The translations under genes and the position numbers were made by a program. From Macrostomum lignano (taxonomy: Eukaryota), in NCBI GenBank assembly GCA_002269645.1, contig NIVC01002110.1, forward strand, positions 69,162 to 133,161: a stretch of 64,000 bases of DNA. Direction: 5' to 3'. The notes under the pieces are model-generated. The model did no database searches. It worked only from the letters and a program-made list of their open reading frames with translations, and had not been told where the DNA came from. Each line of letters begins with the position of its first letter. Position 1 is the stretch's first letter. Shown here one piece after another: positions 55,817-64,000 of the stretch.

Positions 55817-56266
55817 TTAGCGCAAAAAATACACTACATAGATGAAAGTCTTACTTGAGCAGTTACATCGCGGGAAAATATTCCAAATCTCCACAACCGT
55901 CTTCGGCACCATCAAAGTGCGCATCCTCGTCGAAGTCTTCGCATCCGTCTTCGTCGGTGAGCTCCTCCTCAACCGCGGCACTGTTGGCATCGAGCCAGCG
56001 CCGATCGCTACTACCAATATCGTAACAATCTGATTCGGCATCATCCAAATCTTCAGCTGCCGCGTCGTCTGATTCAAAATCAAAGGCTGGGCCGGCATCG
56101 TCCAGACCGGTCCCTGCTGAGGAGGGGCCTGGGCAGAGCTACCTGTGTTGTCTGCTTCCTCTGTGCTATGTGATGTTCCTGCTTCAGCCGCATTGCTTTG
56201 CCTTGTAGATCTCCATCGTCTAGCTGCAGCAGTGAAACGACCCAATGCGCTTTTCTTTGGGGGCAT
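55817..56266 (-). pseudogene. Coding-like fragment within Helitron-like unit B (MPPKKSALGRF..., acidic region in the adjacent frame)
   Basis: GC-rich island. A basic N-terminus is followed, after a frame change, by DDAGPAFDFESDDAAAEDLDDAESD...EEELTDEDGCEDFDED. Absent from unit A. Confidence 0.4.
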
Positions 56267-57119
56267 TTGAATTTTAAAGTGCCTTTAAATAGGACTTAGT
56301 GTTACAAATTCTATTTTGTGTGACTAATTCAGGAATCAGGATTGCATCGTATCGCTTTTTGTACCACAGACAACTATGCTAGTCTTATCGATTGCCATCT
56401 TCCTCATCCAAGAAAGAAAGAAAGGCAGGCGGGCGGAGGTTGGGGTGGCTGTCTCGCTGAAAAAAACAGCCAAACTTTAAAAGTGCACAGCGCCGTTCAG
56501 GATTAACTTTGAGACTCGAAATTTTACACGATTGTGTCAAAATAGTTGAAAATTGATTGTGTCAAATTTGAAGAGGATCGGTAGAAGTGGAGCGGCGCTA
56601 TGGAGGATTAAGTGAAAAAATCGCGCATTTTGAGCAGTTTTTTGTACTTTTAGGTAGGAAGACTCAAATTTAGGAAATTTAAAGGTAGCCTAAGACATTC
56701 TCCGTAGTAAGTTTAGGGTGGGTGTAAAGTTTGGTGTAATTTGGTTGAGCGGTTTGGGAGTCCATAGCGAAGTAATTTGTCCACAGACAGACAGACAGAG
56801 TTTTGATTTTTATAGGTAGAGACAAGCTGTTGAAACCCGCGGATTTTGAACCCGGGGAATTCCAATACCCGGAACTACTTTTACACGTATTCTGAAATCT
56901 AAGGCCATACACAAACAAAAACTTGTTAATAGTTAGTAGGATAGAGGTAGACATAAAATGGAGCACATTCGTGTAAAATTAGGGTTTGAGGCAAACGTTG
57001 ATATTGTCGGCTGGGGTACTGCGCAGAATGTCAGGCAATGTCTGTCTGACTCTAAAACATGTATTGGCAAACTCTGGCCTCTCCCTGACTCTCCCTATGT
57101 CCCTTGGATCCTTTAAAAT

Positions 57120-57579
57120 TTCTATCGTCTCTTCTGTTTCCTTTCTTCTCTCTTGTCCCTCGTCTCTCCTCTCTCTTCTCTCCTCTTTTCTCTCATATCT
57201 TCCCTCATCTCTTCCCTATTCTTTTCTCTCTCCTCTCCTCTCTCCTTTCTACTTTTTGTTTTCTCTCTGCTCTCCTCTCTCCTCTCTCCCGTCTTCTTTC
57301 GTATCCTCCCTCATCTTTCTTCTCTTTCATATCTCTTATCTCATCTCAATTCCCTCTTCTTTTCTCTCTCCTCTCCTCCCTCCTCTCTACTTTTTCGTTT
57401 TCGTTTTCGTTTCTCGTTGACCCTCCTCTCCTCTCTCCTCTCTCCCCCTCTTCTCTCTCGTCTCTTCCTTCTCCTCTCTATTCTTTTCTCTCATCTCTTA
57501 ACTCTCTCCTCTACTCTCTCATCTCTCCTTTCTATTCTTTTATCTTTTCTCTCTTATCTCTTCTCGTTTCTCTCTGCTC

Positions 57580-57630
<51 letters not shown>

Positions 57631-58460
57631 CCTCTCTCTCTCTCTTATCTCTCCTCCCCATCTCTCTTCTCCTCTCTACTCTCTCCCCTCTTCATTCTCC
57701 TATTTCCTCTTCTCTCTCCCTGTCTCTCCTCTCTCCTCTAGTCTCTGTAATCTCTTCTCTCTTCTCTCTCCTCTGTTCTCTCTACTCTCCCATCTCTCGT
57801 CTGTTCACCCTCATCTCTGCTCTCTCATCTGTCATCTTTACTCTCTTATACGTTCTCTCACTTATCTCCTCTGTACTCTTCTCTTTCACCTCTTCTGACT
57901 CCTCTCTTTCCTTTCTCCTTTCTCCTCTCCTCCTCTCTTCTCTTCCCTCTTCTATACTGTCTCCTCTCTTGTCTTCTCTCGTCTCTCTGCACTCTCCTCT
58001 CACCTTTTTCATCTCTCATCTTTACTCTCTCATCTCTCCTTTAATCTGTCTCATCTCTACAATCTCATCTCTCCTTTCTCCCCTCTTCTTACACCCCTCT
58101 CTTATCTCTATCTCTTCTCTTCTCACTCCTCTCTCCCCTCTTATCTCCTCTCTTCTCTATCCTTTCTACTCTCTCCTCTCCTCTCCTCCTCTTGACCCTC
58201 TGTCATCTTCTTTCTGCTCTCTCATCTCTACTCTCTTCTCACTCTTCTCTACTTTCCTCTCATCGATCCTCTGTCTCATCTCTCCCTCTTCTACATTTAC
58301 TCTTTCCTCTCCCTCCTTTCTCCCTCCTCTCGCTTCTTCCTCCCTTCTTCTCTGCTCTCTCCTCACCACTTGTCTCTCCTCTTATCTTCCATGTTTTCTC
58401 TTATCCCCCTCTCGCTCGCCTCTCTTCTAATACTAATTAGTCTATTCCTTCTCCTTTCCA
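57120..58460. repeat. Degenerate CT-rich low-complexity tract (inside Helitron-like unit A)
   Basis: Directly visible. Confidence 0.9.
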
Positions 58461-59646
58461 CTCTCATCTGGCCCGCACATAAGCTGGATTCTTTATCTGG
58501 CTTTTGAAGTAAAAGTCTGCCGATCCCTGCTTCGAAAGCCAGTTTGTGGGACGTACTACTCTCATGGTTGTTCTCATGCTTTGATCACGTCATCTTTCTT
58601 GCCAATTTGCAGCCCTGAAAGGAATTTGTGTATCTTCAGCTCCACTGCAGTCTGCATCAGTCTAACAACCAAGGAAATACGCATTTCTTAGGAGGCCATT
58701 TAAATTTTAGAGTACTTTTAAGAGAAACTTAAAATTTCCATGGTGTGTGGTGTGCCTAATTTAGTAGGGTTGTATTTCATTGCATCGCATCGCCTTTTCA
58801 TAAATCTTTCGCTTTTACAAACCATGCTGGATTGCCTCGATTTGCCAATTGCCATCCACTGTTAAACTGCTGCAGAGTTTGCCAACAGAGGGGAGGGCAG
58901 TGGTTAGAATTTCTCACTAAACTGTCATGGCTAAACGTAGCCTCTCCACGCGCGGGGGTGCAGAGAAGGCTATAAATAAAGTTATTCCAAAACACTGTAC
59001 ATTTGCTATGTACATTCAGTCCTACCGCCTGATCCTTCGTCTGGCTCTGGGGGAATGAGTGAGTGAGTGGCACAAACAACAGAAAAAGCAGACAAACTTC
59101 ACATGCTTACAGTTTCTTTTTCGGTTGAGTTACAGAGTTGAAACTTTACATTTAGATAGAGAATGAGTCAATGAAGAATTGTGTCAAGTTTGAAGTCAAT
59201 CGCTTTACGTGAAGCAAACTTATGGCAGCTGAAAGTTAGTCAATTTTGAAACCCTTTTACACATCTGGGCCCAGATCGGGTAAGAGAGGCAGGCGGGCGG
59301 AGGTTGGGGTGGTTGCTACGCTGAAAAAAACAGCCTAACTTTAAAAGCGCACAGCACCGCTCAGGATTAACTTTGATACTCGAAATTTTACATGATTGTG
59401 CCAAAATAGTTAAAGATTATCTGTGTCAAATTTGAAGAGAATCGGTAGAAGTGGAGCGGCGCTATGGAGGATTAAGTGAAAAAATCGCGCATTTTGAGCA
59501 GTTTTTTGTACTTTTAGGTAGGAAGACTTGAGTCTAGGAAATTTAAAGGTAGCCTAAGACATTCTCCGTAGTAAGTTTAGGGTGGGTGTAAAGTTTGGTG
59601 TAATTTGGTTGAGCGGTTTGGGAGTCCATAGCGAAGTAATTTGTCC

Positions 59647-59679
<33 letters not shown>

Positions 59680-60564
59680 GTTTTGATTTTTATATGTAGA
59701 GATTGAGAGATATGCACAATTCCCTATTACGTTCTGCTCTATCTATTGAAAAAAAGATTTTTGTCTTTCGACAAAAACCATGGCACGAAAACGGTCCATA
59801 TCAGTCTGCAATGGCTGTGCTATCTACGGGAAAGGTGATGCGAACATAAACTATAAATAACTCGTAATCGTCAGTCGGGTGCGGTTTTGCTGGCTTGGCA
59901 CGAGATCATCAGTGCCATCAGTCTCATCGTGGAGCGCAAAAAATGTCTATGGCACGATTTCGGTCCAAGCCATCGGGAACGGATGTGTTGGTATAGTAGG
60001 CTAGTCAGGAAAAGGTTTTAAACTTGAAGCACGTGACCAGACCATGGTTGTGAAAGCAAACAATTCACAAATCAAGGGCAGATTTTTCAAGTAAAATTTA
60101 TGCTTGTTAATTTAATAAATTCTATATTTTTCTTATATAATATTGGAGTATACAAATATTTGAATACAAGTACAGTTGGAATTATTATATCATATATCTT
60201 AGATATATTATTATGACATATAAACCTCAAATAGAATACGATGATAAAAATCTATAGCAGCTACTACTGAGTAAGTAAAGTCACTGTTGTAAAATGTGTT
60301 AGTATGGTATGGTAATGGTAGAACACCGAAAAAAAACAAAAAGGAAGGAGATTATTTCAGAAACTTAAATTTAACGAATGTTTCGACGGTAAAATAGGAT
60401 TAGCTAGAAAATAAATGTGAAGAAGTTTTAAATTGGCAAAGTACTTCTTTTAGAACAAGAAAAATATAGCTTAACAACTTGATCCTAGCGCTCCAGATAT
60501 AAAAAACAAAACTGACAAGATTACTAAATTAATTAATAACAACTATCTGTGTTTAAACATTGAT

Positions 60565-61110
60565 TCGTCTCCCCAACCAATCAGAGAGTCATCTCCCCAA
60601 CCAATCAAAGAGTCATCTCAGCAGCCAATCAGAGAGTCATCTCCCCAACCAATCAGAGAGTCATCTCCCCAACCAATCAGAGAGTCATCTCCCCAACCAA
60701 TCAGAGAGTCATCTCCCAACCAATCAGTGAGTCATCTCCCCAACAATCAGAGAGTCATCTCCCCAACCAATCAGAGAGTCATCTCCCCAACCAATCAGAG
60801 AGTCATCTCCCCAACCAATCAGAGAGTCATCTCCCCAACCAATCAGAGAGTCATCTCCCCAACCAATCAGAGAGTCATCTCCCCAACCAATCAGAGAGTC
60901 ATCTCCCCAACCAATCAGAGAGTCATCTCCCCAACCAATCAGTGAGTCACCTCCCCAACCAATCAGTGAGTCATCTCCCCAACCAATCAGAGAGTCATCT
61001 CCCCAACCAATCAGAGAGTCATCTCCCCAACCAATCAGAGAGTCACCTCCCCAACCAATCAGTGAGTCACCTCCCCAACCAATCAGTGAGTCACCTCCCC
61101 AACCAATCAG
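60565..61110. repeat. 24-bp minisatellite (CTCCCCAACCAATCAGAGAGTCAT), second locus
   Basis: Same unit as 40930-41270. Both arrays are preceded by about 550 bp of homologous unique sequence (40335-40930 versus 60030-60565). Confidence 0.95.
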
Positions 61111-61211
61111 AATCAACCAGACGGACACATTTTTTAATCTTTAAAAACACAGTACCAGTTCAGAGATGAGAGTTAAAGTGGGTAATTAATGAATTGAAAA
61201 TGGCAACATTG

Positions 61212-61805
61212 TTAATTAGACTTGTTCTGCTGGTCCTGCAGAAACTTATAGAACACAGAGAAGTCCTTGGCGGCCAAGCCATGAGCGCACATCAGACTGT
61301 AGATCTGACACGCCAGCCCGCCCATCACGGTTGACACCTGATTCTGAGCGGCGGCCGCCTGGCCAATCTCAGATCTTTCAGCATCAGGGCGCACAAGAAG
61401 CCGCCGTCGTAGTCTCTGGACGATGGCACGCCTGGCACAACTCCTGGCACGGGGTTGTACACCTCCGAGCTCCAGCACCTACCGGAACTGGCGTTGAGTA
61501 CCTCAGCTAGGTTATTAGGGTTCAAGCCAGGTGCTTGCCAAGAGCCATTGCTTCGCATCATGTCCCCAGCATTGAGACGGCTAGAAGCATATTATTGCAG
61601 ATTTTGGCGGCTTCTCCGCTGCCACTTTATCGCCGCAGTGAATTGATTTTTACCCATCGCGGCTAGCAACGGCGCGGCGATATCGAATGCCGACTTCGGG
61701 CCGCCGCACCATGAATGTTAGCTGCGGCATTTTTGCTGCCACAACGCCACCGCTGACTGGGGCGTCGATGTACACCGCGCCAGCCTGTTGCGCCTCTTCG
61801 GCAAT
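61212..61805 (-). CDS. HIBADH: 3-hydroxyisobutyrate dehydrogenase, exon 2 (contains several apparent single-base indels)
   Basis: TTCAG acceptor, then IAEEAQQAGAVYIDAPVSGG, LTFMV, GEAAKICNNMLLAVSMLG (catalytic Lys), SSGRCWSSEVYNPVPGV, DYDGGFLCALMLKDL, KDFSVFYKFL and a stop. The motifs lie in different frames. Confidence 0.9.
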
Positions 61806-61923
61806 CTGAATTTTGAAAGAATTTGTAAAAAAATATAAAAATTCTATACTGGCCTACTGAACTAGCTAATAAAATCAGTTTTAGAATATTTTAAGAAAAT
61901 ATCAATAAAATCTGCTCTCTTGC

Positions 61924-62163
61924 CTACTGTCATAAGTAGTAAGATGACGATAATAAAAAAACAGTTAATATGCATAAATAAACGTTACTTGTCTACTGTC
62001 ATAAGTAGTAAGATGACGATATTGAAAATAAAACTTTGATGTACATAAATATACGTTACTCGCCTACTGTCATAAGTAGTAAGATGACGATATTGAAAAT
62101 AAAACCATTAATGTAGATGAATATGCGTTACTCGCCTACTGTCATAAGTAGTAAGATGACGAT
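61924..62163. repeat. About 70-bp intronic tandem repeat with four identical 28-bp cores
   Basis: CTACTGTCATAAGTAGTAAGATGACGAT at 61924, 61993, 62064 and 62136, separated by 41, 43 and 44 bp of diverged AT-rich sequence. Confidence 0.9.
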
Positions 62164-62198
62164 ATGAAAATAAAAAAATCTGTGTAGGCAATCTTTAC

Positions 62199-62585
62199 CT
62201 TCTCGCACACGCCCGGCTCGCCAGTGGTGCTGTCAATAAACAGGGTGCCATTGCCTTTGCTGGCAGCCAGGAGGCCATCGGATCCGCTGTAAATCTGAGT
62301 GACCTCCTTCGAGCTTGGCAGCATGGTGACAACGGCGCTGGCGCCAGGCACGACTTCGTTGGCGCTCGAAGCGACCGAGGCGCGACCTTCGCTACCAGCC
62401 ACAACGGCGTCAATAGCGGCTCGACTAACGTCGAATACTCGAACTTGATGCCCGGCTTTAGCCAAATTAGTTGCCATGGACGCGCCCATGTTGCCAAGGC
62501 CGATGAAGCCAAGCTGACTGGCCGAGGCGGTGGACACGGAACGGCGCGCGACAAGCGTAAGGCGGAGCAAATTTCTAGCGGGCAT
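62199..62585 (-). CDS. HIBADH: 3-hydroxyisobutyrate dehydrogenase, exon 1
   Basis: An Arg/Leu/Ser-rich mitochondrial-type presequence, the Rossmann motif LGFIGLGNMGASMATNL, VVTMLPSS and FIDSTT. 129 codons, then an AAG/GTAAAG donor. Confidence 0.93.
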
Positions 62586-62704
62586 TGTCTGGGGGACTCG
62601 CGGGTAGCTGCAGTATCTATCACATTGTTAAATTTTAATTTCCTTATTTTCTGAAACTAGCTAGAACAGGGAAATCCCCTAGATTGTGGCACTAAACCCC
62701 ATGC

Positions 62705-63685
62705 ACAGTGGTCCTCAAATCCCCTAGATTGTGGTCCTCAAATCCCCTAGATTGTGGTCCTTCAATCCCCTAGATTGTGGTCCTTCAATCCCCTAGATTG
62801 CGGTCCTCAAATCCCCTAGATTGTGGTCCTCCAAGCCCTTAGATTGTGGTCCTTAAATCCCTAGATTGTGGTCCTCCAAGCCCCTAGATTGTGGTCCTTA
62901 AATCCCCTAGATTGTGGTCCTTAAATCCCCTAGATTGTGGTCCTTCAATCCCCTAGATTGTGGTCCTTAAATCCCCTAGATTGTGGTCCTCCAAGCCCTA
63001 GATTGTGGCCTCAAATCCCCTTGATTGCGGTCCTCAAATCCCCTAGATTGTGATCCTTAAATCCCCTAGATTGTGGCCTCAAATCCCTAGATTGCGGTCC
63101 TCAAATCCCCTAGATTGTGATCCTTAAATCCCCTAGATTGTGGTCCTTAAATCTCTTAGATTTTGGTCCTCAAATCCCTAGATTGTGGTCCTCAAATCCC
63201 CTAGATTGTGGTCCTCCAAGCCCTTAGATTGTGGTCCTTAAATCCCCTAGATTGTGGTCCTCCAAGCCCCTAGATTGTGGTCCTTAAATCCCCTAGATTG
63301 TGGTCCTTCAATCCCCTAGATTGTGGTCCTTAAATCCCCTAGATTGTGGTCCTTCAATCCCCTAGATTGTGGTCCTTAAATCCCCTAGATTGTGGTCCTC
63401 CAAGCCCCTAGATTGTGGCCTCAAATCCCCTAGATTGCGGTCCTCAAATCCCCTAGATTGTGATCCTTAAATCCCCTAGATTGTGGCCTCAAATCCCCTA
63501 GATTGCGGTCCTCAAATCCCCTAGATTGTGATCCTTAAATCCCCTAGATTGTGGCCTCAAATCCCCTAGATTGCGGTCCTCAAATCCCCTAGATTGTGAT
63601 CCTTAAATCCCCTAGATTGTGGTCCTTAAATCTCTTAGATTTTGGTCCTCAAATCCCTAGATTGTGGTCCTCAAATCCCCTAGAT
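62705..63685. repeat. 23-bp minisatellite (TCCCCTAGATTGTGGTCCTCAAA) upstream of HIBADH
   Basis: GTCCTC at 62711, 62734 and onward. About 42 copies. Confidence 0.96.
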
Positions 63686-64000
63686 TGTAGTCCTTACATT
63701 TCCAATATTTTAGTCCTTTAAAAAGATTTACAATCCCTAAATTTTGGTCACTAAAACGCGGCCTCAAACCCAATGCTACTAGAAATAAGTATTTTATAAA
63801 GGGACTTTGCAACTAAATATATTCCATATAATATTCATATATTTCAGTTGAATTATGACGCGAATTGTGACCTGTGGAAAAAGACGCAATCGTTACAAAA
63901 AACTACCGCGTGTTTAAAGCAAAACGTGCTTTCTCTTTAGTATAAACATTCTAAAAGAACAATAAAGGTCATATAGACAGAATACTGTAATAAAAGTACT

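Larger units (their letters stand above)
52620..59702 (-). mobile_element. Head-to-tail array of three non-autonomous Helitron-like units (56823-59702, 53132-56822, 52620-53131)
   Basis: Minus-strand units begin TCTCTAC(A/C)TATAAAAATC (third unit TATACACATAAAAATC) plus (TCTG)n and end TCAACAGCTTG. A GC-rich hairpin lies 13 nt upstream of the end in the two long units (56836-56856, about 53144-53163). Outer flanks are A/TC...CTTG/T with no TSD. Confidence 0.72.

Noticed and set aside
53304-58440. Long Leu/Ser-rich ORFs resembling membrane proteins
   Set aside because: Products of degenerate CT-rich low-complexity DNA that is open in several frames.
61212-62585. Bacterial (horizontally acquired) mmsB-like gene
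   Set aside because: It has a spliceosomal intron and a mitochondrial-type presequence, consistent with ordinary eukaryotic HIBADH.

Overview
Eukaryotic (metazoan) genomic DNA, not prokaryotic. It has spliceosomal GT-AG introns, GC-rich exons in an AT-rich background and a very high density of micro- and minisatellites. The style resembles a free-living flatworm such as Macrostomum, which is inference only. Host genes I can support: a complete 4-exon sorting nexin (SNX1/2-type PX-BAR, +, 30744-36771, 484 aa), a 2-exon 3-hydroxyisobutyrate dehydrogenase (-, 61212-62585, with apparent indels in exon 2), a multi-exon single-pass membrane protein (-, about 44-47 kb), a 121-aa Tyr-rich ORF (-, 38788-39153) and low-complexity exon fragments. 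Mobile DNA is diverse. An intron-containing Crypton-type tyrosine-recombinase element with 13-bp inverted ends lies antisense in SNX intron 2. A Neptune-like Penelope retroelement with a minimal hammerhead ribozyme sits inside a (GA)n tract that belongs to a local tandem duplication. There is also a head-to-tail array of three Helitron-like units, a foldback-like element with about 510-bp arms and 151-bp internal repeats, one P-like and two hAT-like TIR elements with exact 8-bp TSDs, and RTE-like LINE fragments. Most long ORFs in the supplied track (SL/RE, IYLS, VLSCL and similar) are translations of simple repeats. Many single-base indels in coding-like DNA may be long-read errors. All family assignments come from motif recognition by eye, with no database search.
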